Both the position numbers and the translations under genes were made by a program. This document shows positions 1 through 12,963 of a stretch of DNA of 64,000 bases, in pieces. The stretch is from Vicugna vicugna. Lineage: Eukaryota. Positions within the stretch are counted from its first letter, which is position 1. Each line of letters opens with the position of its first letter. The notes under the pieces are model-generated. The model searched no databases, was not told the DNA's origin, and saw only the letters and a program-made list of their open reading frames with translations. Location: positions 186,001-250,000 of the forward strand of contig MU057487.1 in assembly GCA_013265495.1 (NCBI GenBank), given 5' to 3'.

Positions 1-152
1 AAGACATCAGGTGTTATTTTCAAACCCTCTGTCAGCAGATAGCGAGTCTTTTACTACATGGCAAAATTGTTCATAAAGTTACACTTCTGTTCCTTTGAAA
101 TGTTTCCATTTATAAGTGCCCAAGGGCAGTCTTTCACTATAACACAAAAAGA

Positions 153-263
153 CTAGTGGGGTGAGGCCAGGGATACAGCTAAACATCTCAGGATGCATAG
201 GACAGTCCCCACAAGAGGTATCTCACCCCGAAATGTCAATAATGCTGAGGTTGAGAATCCCTG
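153..263 (+). mobile_element. MER20-like hAT DNA transposon fragment (3' half)
   Basis: gaggccagggat..gctaaacatc...aatgtcaataatgctgaggttgaga.ccctg resembles recalled MER20 consensus. Confidence 0.75.
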
Positions 264-851
264 ACTTCACTGTTGCTCATAGCTCATCCCACAGCTCACA
301 TCACAATAGCCTTCCTTTCACTGAGCCTTACAGTTCAATTGTTCAACTCAATATTTGAGCGTCAAAGGAAGATTGGCACTATATTGTATTTCTAGGATGG
401 GAAGAAAACACCACTTTGAGGTTACATGATTTACATCATTAGTTGAGTTGGAAGAATGTTTGATTCTTTATTAGAAACCAGCAAGCGTGCTGGAGTAGGG
501 CTTTACACAAGAATATCACGAGGGTTAAGGAGTCTTTGAAAGATTAGAGTCACCTTTGTTTCACGTCAAAGAGCTTTATCTTTGCCTTGTTTGGTCATTC
601 CAGTCCCGCGCCTATCTATTCGGCTGAGTGTCAGTTACAGCTGGCAATTCCACATGCTACACACACACATTTTAACTGTGGCTGCCAGACATCAGTAAGA
701 TTCACAGTACAATATTCTCGACAATGTGTGCCTGATATTTTGAAGACCATCTGTTTCATTTTAATCTACAATAGGCTTTGCCAAGGCTTTTGCATGTCAA
801 ATGACTTAAAAGAAAAAACCCAAAACCAAACCTTTGGGCTGTGTTAAAAAA

Positions 852-1330
852 TGTTTTATAATATTTCTATCGAGATACAATTCACGTACCTTATAAAACC
901 CAGCCATTTAAAGTGTACAATTCAGTTTTTCAGTATACTCACAGAATTGTGCAACTATCACTGCAATCTAAGTTTAAAACATTTTCATCATCCCATAAAG
1001 AAATCTCACACCATTGGCCATCACTCCACATACCCCGGCACCCCTCTAGACCTGGGCAACCGCTAATGTACTTTCTGACTCCATAGATTTGACTATTCTA
1101 GACATTTCATATAAATAGAAGCACATAGTATTTTACTACTGGTTTCTTTCACTTAGCGTGTTTTCAGAATCCATCATTTTGTAGCATGTATCAGTGCTTT
1201 ACTTCTTATTATGTCCAAAGAATATTCCATTGTAAGTATATACTACATTTTGTCTATCCATTTGTCATGTGATAGACATCTGTGCTGCTTCCACTTCTGT
1301 CTGTTGTAAATGATGCTGATAAGAACAAAG
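852..1330 (-). mobile_element. Old L1 (L1M-type) 3' end fragment
   Basis: gagatacaattcac...catttaaagtgtacaattcag...ggcaaccgctaatgtactttctg...ttccattgta typical antisense L1M 3' UTR. Confidence 0.8.
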
Positions 1331-2183
1331 GCAATGACTTTCCTACTGAGTTCATTGAATTCCTTGATAATTTTTTAACAAAGAAATAGTTGCATTTTCT
1401 ATGTTTACTAACATTTTAGAGAAGGAAATAGCAGCCTTTTTTGTGTTTTTTAATTCACTTGGCTCAAGAGATTTTGGAATTTAACACTATACGTTTTGGG
1501 AGAAAGAAAAACAAATCTAAAATGGGAAATACTACAGTGACTTAATTACAGGATTTAAGAATCTTAAAGTTCATGTGTACTTAAAAAAGACTCCTAGCCT
1601 TTTCTTAAAATCTGTTGAAATGATTTCACTCTCTCCTTTGAGAACTTTGTGTTCAAAAATTCCTTTCTCGTGGATTATCAAAATTGTACTGGCTGCTATA
1701 GGCCCCTTCTCATCTGCACTCAGTAAACTAGCCTCTCCCCACTGACATCTTGATACAGGGTGAAATTCTTCACCACACCTTCCTTGCATGATAGTATGAG
1801 TAGCTCCCATATTCACTTACCTAGGTGACATGTGACTGTCATACAAATGGATGGGAATATAAGGGTGTGAGTGTTGATCTGCATATTAGATTAAGAGGAA
1901 GCTTACTTTCTCTTTTATAAATAATCTCCCACTTAGTTTACATTCCAGTGTCTTCTTTCCACATCTTAATGTATATCCTTGCCTATTCCTGGAATGTGTA
2001 CATGCCACACTGGACACCACTAACAGGCCAGTGATACTGATAAACTTTTTTCTTTTTGGCGCAACCTTTATTTTTAACATGTTTAGGTCATGGCCAAACA
2101 ATTTTGGGTATGTTTTCTTAGAAACATTACAGTGCTATTTAAAAGTGGTAGCATAAACTAAATCACCCATTTGCTTTTCCAAG

Positions 2184-2582
2184 TGTGGTTTATGAGTCAG
2201 GGTTTGACCAGAGAAACAAAACTAGTAGGAGATACTTAGGATTTACTGCAAGGCATTCATTGGCTTACGTGATCGTGGAGGCTGGTTAGGGAAGTCCCAG
2301 ATCCGTACGACAGGCAGGCCATTTGGAAGGACAGGCTGGAACACGGGTAGGAGTGGAAGCTGCTGCCCACAGATGGACATTCTTCTGGGAAGTTTTGCTT
2401 CCACTTCAAAGGCCTTTTAACTGATTGAATCAAACCCACTCAGGTCACCTAGAATAATCTCCCTTAAAGTCGGCTGATTATATAATCATATCTACAAAAC
2501 ACTTTCACAGCAACACACAGTGCTTGATTGAATAACTGGGACTACAACCTAGCCAAAATGACTCAGAAAACTGACCATCACA
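2184..2582 (-). mobile_element. MLT2-like ERVL solo LTR
   Basis: gtcagggtttgaccagagaaac...attggcttacgtgatcgtggaggctgg...ctagccaaaatgac...accatcaca. Confidence 0.75.
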
Positions 2583-2917
2583 GGTGACAATTATCTCTGT
2601 GGTCACAGACCAGTCAGAGTATCAGTTTACTTTCCATTCTTACGGAGACAGCTTTTGGTTTAAAGTCAGCTGCTATACGCCACCTCAACCTTTTTTTATT
2701 TTTAAACAAAGTGTAAGATGCAAAATTATAATGCAACTCTTTGCTCTACAGTCTACCAAACTTACAGCAGCTTACACTGCTGCCACTGTGTGGGTGGACT
2801 TTTCTACCATAAGCCTTTGCCCATGACCACTACCAGCTTGGCTAGAAAACTTTTGTCCATTCATTCTCTGCTTTGTTCTTGATGAGGACACTGAAGATAA
2901 TTTAAAAATAGGCTACT

Positions 2918-3005
2918 TGTAGTTGTTCTCAAACTTTTTGGTCTCAGGACCTTCATGTGCATCAAAATTACAGAGGACTCTATAAAGAGCTGCTGTTTAT
3001 ATGGG
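2918..3005. mobile_element. hAT-Charlie-type terminal fragment
   Basis: gttctcaaactttttggtctcaggacc terminal motif. Confidence 0.45.
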
Positions 3006-5494
3006 CCATGTTTTTGCCAGTTGGTGCTGCTACAGAACTCTCTCCAGGGGCTGCAGACTGTCCACATTTTGGGGGGCTTACCCGCTGATGCTCATCTGAG
3101 GAACCTCTTCCTCTCAGGAGCCCACTGACTCCAGGTTAGGAATGCTTGGGTGGGGGTCTGGTAAGTACCCCTTTATGTGATGGTGGGTAAACTTTTCCAG
3201 TACCTAGACATACATGGGAAACTGAATGTGAGTGCAGGGTAGAAATGGTCACCTGCCGAATATTAGGGGCAGTCTGATTATCACCAAGGATTTAAAAAGC
3301 AAAAAGCACTGGGGAAGTTTTAATTAAGCAATATTCCACCAAGATGCTTTAAACGGTTTAATAGCTAATCATTTATAAACATTCTCATACAATAAAGCAA
3401 GATCAGGCACTAAAGTACATTCTCTTTTAGGACACAGGTTTGCTCTTGTCCAAGAAGACAACATTCTGTGACAGCCAAAGGAAAATATATTCAGTATAGC
3501 CAACAAGCAGTAATTCTTTCATCTTAGTCAATGGAAATTTTCACAAAGAGTCTGGAAAAAATAACTGGATGGAGCACTCAATGAGTGGGAAGCTGGGAAA
3601 CAAAGGGGCGTAATGTGCCTTTATAGTTCTGCGCACAGAATTAGGGACGTGGCAAATATACATTGAATGGTTCTGAAAGAAAATACGCACAGGTAATCCC
3701 AGTAACTATACCCCAAATAAATTATTAGTAAAGTGAGGAGGAAGTGGTTTCTAAGGAAACCTGGACATAAATGTTTGCTCCATAAGGCACTGGAAGGGTT
3801 GGTCACTAATCAGAACTGTGAAGAATACAAGCCACAGATCTGAAAAGGTCCCGCGTATTGAAAATATGTCCTTGCTCAAAATTGTTCTTTGAATAGGCCC
3901 TGTCAAGGGGGTAGAACATAACAGCAGGTTTACTAGAAGACAAAGATACCAAAAGGGGTTTGGATGGAATATTTGAAAGGCAGAAAAAAAAAGTTACTGA
4001 GTAATTTAATAACAACAGTCACCTGTACAAAGGATCATTACACAGATAATGGAAGTTAAATTTTATTTCTATTTTGCATTGAAAAGGCATAAGCTTTGGT
4101 TTCAGTATAACAAAATCAGTTTTAATGAATAAAATCAGTCTTGAGTCACTGATATTAAACAATGGAATAGGGTCCAAGGGACAGTATGGGACCTTAAAAG
4201 ACAAGGTATTCACATCTCTGAAGGGCTGATTGAAGGCAAGGGAATGCTGGAGATGCCAACATTGGCCCCAGCCAAGTACTCCTGCTATTTTCTGTATGTG
4301 ATACTGTCTGTTTTGTAACTCAAAGGCAACACCACATATCTACTGTGAGACCTGAACTTCCTTTGAGGTTATCAATTACTCACATGGCCTTCCTCTAAAG
4401 GGAAGCTTGCAAATGGTTCATATTCAACCCTTACATGTGATAGCATTCATGTGAGGTTCACAGTGTAAAAGAGGTGCATGGAAATTCTTGTAAATTTTAT
4501 AAAATACATGGTTGATTGATCCCACTTTGAAGAAACGTTATTGAAGATTAGATTTCCTTTATCAGAGTAGACAGGTTTAAAACGCATTGTTTGTACTGTA
4601 CCGTTTTAATGACAATTCTTTATATTGGTATGCCAGTTAGAAATTATGAAATGGCATATTATTGTGAGATTTTTTTTAAATTCCAGAAAAACTGAAAGAT
4701 ACCTTTTATTTGTTTCAACTAACCTGAGGTCTTTTAGCATAGGTGATCTTTGCATTTCTCAAAGATTATCCTGTAGGTTAATAAACATAAAGAACTCAAG
4801 CACACTAAGTCTTGGGAGAACTGGTAATTGAGAGCCGAAGTTTTAAAAGATACCATTCTTTCGTCCACTTAACAGGGTAGCCTGTGTTGATGATTAGTCT
4901 TGCACTGGTAAATTCAAGTTAAGTTTGGTAATTATTTGTAAAGTTTTTGTGGTGAAATGTTGACTTATCATGTAAAGAGTTTTTAGCTTGTTGTTATTAA
5001 TATGATATGAAGGGACCAATCCCTAAAATTGGATCCCTAAACCACAGGCCATTCTGTGAGATCTCATACAAAGAGAAAAGTTGGGGCTGCAATAAATACA
5101 GTAAAGCTACCTGAGTTTGAAGCAAAACACTAAGGAATTATGAGTATGTATTTCACATTGTATATATATGTCTTTTCAGTCCTAGCACGCTCAGTGGATT
5201 CATTTAACAGAGATGTACCCCCTGATCCAAACACATTCAGCTCTTGAATTACCTCAAGTTTTTATCACTGGTGCATTAGTAAAGAATCCATTTAAGAACA
5301 ACTACTAAAAAGTACAATGATATTTCAGAGAATATAAAGTGATGGAAGAAGGACATAAAAAAGTCCTTCATTTGCAGCCAAGATGTAGGGACTAGATTTG
5401 AATTTGTTTTGAACAATTATTTAAGAGAACTGTCACAACTGTTTTGAAGAAATAATAAATATCTATAAACAATTTTGACATCTTTTGTTGAGAG

Positions 5495-5589
5495 ACTAAA
5501 ACAAACAAAAAACAAAATCCACACAGTATGTTCTATGCATCAGAAATTACATAAATCCCCAAATTTTAATTTCCACTAAAATATTTATT
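5495..5589 (-). terminator. Probable distal polyadenylation signal with GU/U-rich downstream element
   Basis: AATAAA at 5589-5584 (plus-strand tttatt), followed on the minus strand by gtgtggattttgtttttgtttgtttt. Confidence 0.6.
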
Positions 5590-7477
5590 TAATTGATAAT
5601 ATTTTACAGAAATAAATAACAGCAGTTTTTCTCTAATACAGATAGATATATTTATAGATATATTTGGATTTCTTTTCTTTTCTCTTCTTCTTTTTTTTTT
5701 GTTTACAAAATTGAAGCATATCAAAGTGTTTCCCTAAAACTTTACCTCAAAAAGGAATATTAGGAAACAAACAAAAAGAAATACTGAAATATGTTCATTA
5801 TTAAACTGCAACCATGGGCCTTCTGAATCTCAGTAAGGTATACGATTTAGAGAAAGAACATGAGATTTGGAGCCAGGGGACCTGGGCTCCACTGTTTACT
5901 TGGATGTATCATAGGCACGTTTTTCAATATCTCTGAATCTCAGTTCTCTACCTTTAAAACAGGAATGATATTAATTATATCAACTTCACAGGACTGCTGG
6001 GCAAATTAAGCATGTAAATGTATAGGAAAGCTCTTTATAATATGTAAAGAGCTACAAAAATAATAGTTCTGTTTCATTTCATATAAAATAATCAATGCAT
6101 ATCTTCTTTCAACTGAAGAATAAGCACCAAAAATGTGTGTGTGTTTTCTTCAGCTGAATTATGTCACCCTATAAACCAGAATAAGAAAATGCACCTTAAC
6201 TAAGCACCAAAGCCTCTTGGATAAATGTGATCCAGGGGATATTTCTATTACGGTTTTCTGGGTAACTAAGTAGGAGCTAATGAGTCCTGAGGGTCATTTA
6301 AAACTCTGAAGGCTCAAAGAAAACAAAACAAATCAAAAACATTTGTATTACATCGAATGGCTAGGATACAACAAACTACTCCTTATTTAGCAATTTCAAA
6401 GTTCATTACTTCTTCACAGAAGAAGAAACACTAGGTTATTATTACTTGCAGTTATTTGCTTATGTGAATATGACATTCTCTTGTTCCAAAGATCAAACAC
6501 TAGTCCTTGAGGGAAGTATTAGTGGAATGAAATAACAAGCACTATCATAAATCAGATATTAGTGGTTAAAAGTCTAGTTACACAAGAACACGGGAAAGGA
6601 AAAGAACCAAAGACATCAGTATAATAATGATAAAAAAAAAAACCCTGCCATATTTCCATGTTATAATGAGAACTAAAATTATAAAATTGCAACATTTGCA
6701 GATACATTGATCTCAAAACATGTACAAACTTAACTACAAAAAAAAATAAAAATAGAAAAAGCAATTTAGATAATTTTAAGGTAAGTAAACATTAATACAC
6801 TTTTAAAAAAGCTAAAGTTAACTGCTTAGACTGACAATACTTAACACATAATAGAAATACTTAAAGTGCTCAATGTTTTAATTTTTAGTAGCAAGATACA
6901 GGGAAAGGAAATAATTGCCTAATATTAACTTACTGGTAGGAGTTGCATTACTGTAAAGTTATGATTTACGGAGTTACAGTCTATACCTACTCAAAGAACT
7001 AGAAGTTAATATAATTCACTATCTTTTAAAAATATTACTAACAAGACATTGGTGAATCATGTGCTAAACATACTGAAAGCTCTTCCAAAAATGAGATCTA
7101 AGTTGGTTGAATATCCTGGGTCATAGAAAACTAGACTAGTTTACTTACTCTCTTATTCCAACTCTTTCAAAGACTAATCTTATCAAAAGAAAAGTACACA
7201 TTTCCTCTCAATTCCCTCAGCTAGAGCTACTCTTTGGAACAAAAATAACTATTTTATTAGGAGTGTAAAATTAAAAATCTTTATAGATCTTCTGGAAACA
7301 GAATACTGAAAAGGACTCAGTACTTACTAGGACACTGTGCAACTAAAAAGGAAATAAATTCATTCAAATGAAAACAGTGTTTACTGACATCTACTGGATT
7401 GTTTTACTTAAACTTTATTCTATAAACTATGAAAGTTTTAAAATACAATAAAGTCTGTGGATTGAATCAAGTGTACT
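5560..7477 (-). other. SHPRH: SHPRH 3' UTR (about 1.9 kb, distal end inferred)
   Basis: AU-rich sequence after the stop with U-tracts; ends near the AATAAA at 5589-5584. Confidence 0.6.
5848..6060 (+). mobile_element. MIR SINE inside the 3' UTR (antisense to the mRNA)
   Basis: ttggagccag..cctgggctcc...tctctgaatctcagttctctacctttaaaacaggaatgata MIR core. Confidence 0.75.
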
Positions 7478-7574
7478 TCATTCAAGGTCTTCAGTTTCTT
7501 TGGTAAATAGGTCAGCCAGATCCGCCACGGTCAAGACAGAGGCCTCTGAATGCTTCGCTGATGAGTTCGTGTGA
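7478..7574 (-). CDS. SHPRH: SHPRH terminal exon 30, coding part: (S)HTNSSAKHSEASVLTVADLADLFTKETEDLE*
   Basis: cccgcag|TCACACG ... GAA TGA (7480-7478); matches the SHPRH C-terminus as I recall it. Confidence 0.93.
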
Positions 7575-8853
7575 CTGCGGGATTTTCCAAGTGAGCAGAA
7601 TCAGAAAGAAACCCCAAGGAATGAATTACTATATTTGTCTTTATATACTGTTCTTGTCTTATAATAATATAAGACATAATAATATAATAAGAACATTATG
7701 TTCTTATAGTAATATAAGAACATATTTGTTCCTAAGTTTTTGTAATTGAGCTGTAAGAACCTCCCAGAAGAAAGTAGGCAATGGGATCACTATTACAACG
7801 TGTTAAAATCAGTGAAGACTTCTGCACGTCGTTTTCAAGCTTTGCTATAAAATGTTTCTCTCTGCACAAAGAATAAAACAAAGAAACAAAACCCCTGCCA
7901 ACTACTATTAAGGCCTTCACCTTACAATTTACCTTCTTACTATCCAAAATTAGTTTCAAGAAAAATTTAACTCTTTTAACTACCATTTTATTGAGGCAGC
8001 TTAAATACAATCACTGAATTCTGTTACGTATGGAAACACCACTAATAAAAAGACTTTATGTTTGAGGCAAAAGACTCTAGTGGTAGCCTCTTTCTTTCCA
8101 CCAGTGAAAGAGAATTTCTGATTTCTAACGGCTTCTTTGTTATGCAAAGTACCTTTGTAGAAACAATCCCATCTAAGAAAATCATCTCTTCTGAGTATAT
8201 CTTCCATTCATACCTATCTCACAAGGATTCAGTAAGGCATTCGTTTGTTTCAAAATGACTTTAAAGAAAATAAATTATAGGATAAATATTAGGAAGGTTT
8301 ATGATTCCAAACTTAAATTCTTAAAATTAAGGCTGTTCCACTTCTGAAATTAACATCACAATTACCAGCCTGGTTTTAATCCAGGCCTTCCTACCTTCGT
8401 GTGACTAACAAGTGTCATGAATAAATTTAGCAGCACCGTAAGTTTCATCTTACAGATACCAGACTAAAGCTTTCAGGTTGGGCATGAAGATAGATTTCAT
8501 TTAAAAAGTAAGCCCGTGTGGCAAAGGAATGTAAGATAGCGTTTTCTCCCCCAAAATACACATGGGTGATTTAAAGTATACTAGCTCTGAAACGAAGTTT
8601 CTTTAATAGTAGGATACTTTATTTTTATACATTACAATCCCTATTAATAAATTAGGTCAAAAATAGAATGTCCTGAGCATTAACTGGAACATCTGGAATA
8701 GGTAGAATGTCGTACCTTGCTTTTAAAAAGTATTTGCACTTACATCTTTTGGTTGACTAAGTGGTCATCTAAGTGAAGAAGTCCCACATGCTGACACAAC
8801 ATTTATGTAACAGGAAAGGTTCCCTCATCGACTTGAAGGGAATTGCTACCTAC

Positions 8854-8934
8854 CTCCTCTCAGCAGTCTTCAGCATTGCTTGCATTCTTTCTTCTATTGT
8901 CGCTTTAATTAAGAATCTGTGTACAATAGTGGGT
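8854..8934 (-). CDS. SHPRH: SHPRH exon 29: (K)PTIVHRFLIKATIEERMQAMLKTAER(S)
   Basis: cttctag|ACCCAC ... GAGGAG|gtaggt; 81 nt. Confidence 0.95.
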
Positions 8935-9119
8935 CTAGAAGGTACGTAAAATTGTAAGTTTAAAAACCTCTTAAAACAAATTAGAACAGACAAACTTCAT
9001 ACATTATGTGCTGTATTGTCAGTCAGTTGGTATCTTTTGGGGCAGGTACTAACCCAGTTGCTGGTGGTGGGAGGGCTGGCCAACAGTCAATAAAACCAAC
9101 TATTTATAATCTCAATGAA

Positions 9120-10390
9120 CTAATATCTATTGAGGGGAGATACACAATAAACACACAGAAAATAAGATATTTTCAGGTATAGACAATACAATGAAAAGAC
9201 TGACATATGAGATGAAACATGACTGACTGATGGGAATGAAGCCGTTAAGCAAGAGAGGAGGGAGAGGAGCATCTGAACAGAAGAAGCAGTAAATAACACC
9301 AGGTCCTGGGGAAGAGAATGTGCTTGGCAGAAGCTTAAAATGTTTTGAGGGGCAGAAAGAGGACTAGGGTGGCAGAAACATCCTGTAAATGAGGGGGAAA
9401 GAGGCCAGATCATGCAGGGCCTTGTCGGACATGGTGACAATTTGGATTCTTGCCATCAGTGTATTTTATGCGTGATGTGAACTATGCTCGATTATACTTC
9501 AGAAGTCCTTTTGGCAGCTGTGTTGGGGATAGACTGTTAGGCAGAAAGTAGAGGCAGAGAAGCCAGGGAAAGTTCTGTAGTAGTCCAGGTAAGAGGGTGG
9601 ATTGTACTTTGAATATATCAGTGGTGACAGTCAGTAGTCAGCAGATTTGGAATATTTTCGGAGGTGGAGCTGGCAAGACTTAAATGATGGTTTGGAAGTG
9701 AGGTATGAAGAGGGAAAAATGGAAGAGTCCTAGGTTTCTGGTCTGAGAAATGGATAATAGTGCCACACTGTAAGATGGGGAAGGCTTGGGGTAGGTGGGA
9801 GTGCAGTAGGAATAGTTGTTTTTCATCCATGTTAATCTTGAGTTTGCTATTAGATAGGCATCCAAGGGAAGGTGTGGAATCTGCTGACACACGTGCAGAG
9901 ACAGAAGTGGGTGGAAGAATCTGTGACAGGGGCTAAAGGGGCACGTCTGGTTTGGGGCTGCACATTTGAGTCATCCACATATAAACGCTACTTCAAGCTC
10001 TGGGACTGGATGAACTCACCTAGGGAGTGCAGAGAGAGGAAAAAGAACCCTGAAGGACCATGGGCAAGAAGTAGGTCATTAATAACATTATGAGGCTCAT
10101 TTCAGTGGCTTGGTGAGGACAAAACCCAAAGGGAAAGGCAGAGAGAGAATGGGAGGTAAGGAAGTAGAAGTGGAGGCAAAATGTAGGGGAGTGATTTTTT
10201 TAAAAAGATAGATAACATGAAGACATGCGATAACATTTATGTGGTAATGTACTGCCAAAGGAACGTGCTTGAGCATATGGGAAGGGACAGGACCCAGGGC
10301 AAGTAGAATGGCTAGTTTTTGAACGGAAAAGGAGACTTCTTCCCCTGTGATGGAAGGGATATACTGTGGCTTCCCGCCTGTTACTATAGA
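9120..10390 (-). mobile_element. L2 LINE fragment
   Basis: Purine-rich antisense-L2 motifs (ggccagatcatgcagggcctt, tagtccaggtaagag, gagtttgctattagataggcatccaag). Confidence 0.7.
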
Positions 10391-10539
10391 TGAAATATCC
10401 CTTCTCCTCCCTAAAACCAATCTGTATGCATGACTATCCGATCGTCACCTACTGGAGGGCCCTGCCCCAGCACTCTCCCCCATCTCTTGCTCTACTAGTT
10501 TTTGTCTCTAATGAATCATACTCTTGGGAGTTCTCTCAT

Positions 10540-12360
10540 ATGGAAGGGGGAAAAACAAAACCTCTCTTGTTCTTTCTTGTTTCCTTTTCTCTGCTTTTTG
10601 CAGCAAAACTCCTAGAAACACTAGTCCTACCAGCCAGAGAGGCAGCAGCACACTGTGGTTATTAAAAGGGCTGTGAAGGAGGAACGGCTGTAGAAACCTG
10701 CCACCACTTTCACTCGCTATGTGACCTTGGACAAGTTACTTAACAAAAAGGAAACTGTTCGTTAACAACAAATAAATAAAATCCTATTCTCTCTTACACT
10801 CAAATCAGGTCACTGCCTCCACCATTCCACCAAAACCGGCTTTGATCTGCGTGCTGCTAAGTCTAATGATTGACTCTCAAACCTTACCTTACTGGACATT
10901 TTGACAGTACATGACTCAGGTGAGCATATCTTCCTCCTTAAGTTACATTCTTTACTTGGCTCCCAGGATAACTCTCTCCTCTAGTTTTCTTCCTGACTCC
11001 CTGTTCGATCGATCATTATCGGTTGCCTTTGCTAGTTTCTCCTCTTTTCCCGCAGCCTTCAACTTTGGTGTGCTCAGGATTTCAATCTCTGGTCCTCCCC
11101 TCTACCTCCACTCACTCCATTGGAATCTCATTCAGTTTTATGACTTAAAAATACCATTATATGCTGGTGACTTTCAAATGCATTTCTCTCTTGAACTCTG
11201 GACTTACATATCCATTTAGTGAACTGAAATCTCTGGATGTCTAATCACATCTCAAACTTGTATCTAAAGTAAACTTCTATCCTTCTGTCCTACCTGGTAG
11301 TATTCCCCAGTTCAACTGGAAGCTTTTCACCCTTCTAGTTGTCCAGGCCAAAAAGCACGGTGCCGACCTTGACTCTCACATCCCACATCCAATCTGTCAC
11401 AAATACTATTGGTTCTACCTTCAAAATATGCCAGAGCCCGGTCACTTCTCACCATTTCCACCGCTGCTAACACGTCTGTCACCTTCGGCTCCCACCAGGG
11501 TTACTGCAACAGCCTCCTAACCAGTCCTCCTGCTTCCACCCTCACTTGCTCGTCTCCCCCCAAGGCTGGGACACAGCACTCAGGATGGGTCTTTCAACAC
11601 TTACAAGTTAGATCGTGTCACTCCTTTGCTCGAAGACTTCCAGTGGCCCCCTCTCTTGTATGTAGTGAAAGCCAGGTCTCCATGGTGGCTCCTGGGTCCT
11701 ATACAACACCCCCTGCTCCCGCCCACCCCCCAGCTCTCTGACTCCACCTCCTACTGATGTCTTCCTTGCTCTCTCTTCTGCAGCAACTCTGGCTCCTTGC
11801 TCTTCATCACACATGCCAGGCGTACTCCTGATCTAGGGAGGGTCCTTGATGTCTACTTGAGCATTTTCCCCTAAGATATCTGCACTTTTTCTCTCTTTTC
11901 TTTATCTCATTTCTCTGTTCAGCTTCTCCATAAGAACTTCCACGCCTTCCTGCCCAGCCACTCGCACTCTTGATCCTTCTTATCCTGCTCCACGTTTCCA
12001 GCTCCTGTCATAGCATGTATCTTACTTATTATGTTTATCTCCTGTGTTTGTGCACAGGCAACTCCTCTTTGGCTGCGTGAGCACCTTTTCTAGCCCAACT
12101 TTGAAATAATTATTCCTTCAAGATTCAACCTAACAAAGCCTTTCCCGACTCTCTAGGGCACAAGAGATCACTCCCTTCTTTTGTTATCACTGTACTTGTA
12201 TTATATTTTTGCACAGTCTACTATAATATATTAAATCATCAGTTTTCTGTACCACAGTCATCTCCCTGGGGAAATGGACTGTCATATACAATTTGAATCT
12301 TCAGTATCTAGCATAATGCCTATCATATGGTAGGCATTCAATCAATATTTATTTAATGAG
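10540..12360 (+). mobile_element. L2 LINE fragments, with a MIR piece at about 10630-10745
   Basis: Pyrimidine-rich L2 motifs (catctcaaact, ttactgcaacagcctcctaac) and L2 3' end (ggtaggcattcaatcaatatt); MIR gctatgtgaccttggacaagttacttaac. Confidence 0.7.
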
Positions 12361-12963
12361 TGCTTAATATGGATGCATTGAAAAAAAAACCATTCATCGC
12401 ATATAACATCCAGTAAGTAATATATCTAAGAGACCTTATAAAGGATAACTGTCCATTCTGATATTTGAGTCAAAGTAGTACATATTACATAATATTTACT
12501 ATTAGGTTATTTTGGGCCTTAAATTAAACTAATTGTCTCTCAGAGTGGATCTGGAAGGCTGTTTTTTCCAAAGGGAAAGAATTTAAAAAGGAGTTATTTG
12601 CTTTCAGCCATGCATGAGATATGCCTTCTTTTAATAAAGGTTCAACCAGTCAAAAGTGAATTCTTCTCAAAGTTATGACAGATCCCTTCAACTTAGTAGT
12701 TGTACTACATATTTTAGAAAACTGTTTTGATGAAGTGATCAGGGTAGTTTTTGAAGGAGGAAAGACAAAAATCTGGGAGAATTTGGGGGTCTGCTGCTTG
12801 GAGGAGGGAGGGTTGGAAATCTCAAAATGTCTTCTGGTCATATAGTTGAAAATTTAATAAGGGTGCAACTAAAAATGAATAGGTTATGATGAACATAAAT
12901 GACGAGTTTAAATGTATCCTAGAAACTTGACCAAATGTTACACATGATAATTTTCATTCTTAC

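Noticed and set aside
1..5490. Possible further downstream exons or a neighbouring gene
   Set aside because: Only repeats and isolated splice-like motifs; no phase-consistent coding exon that I can support.
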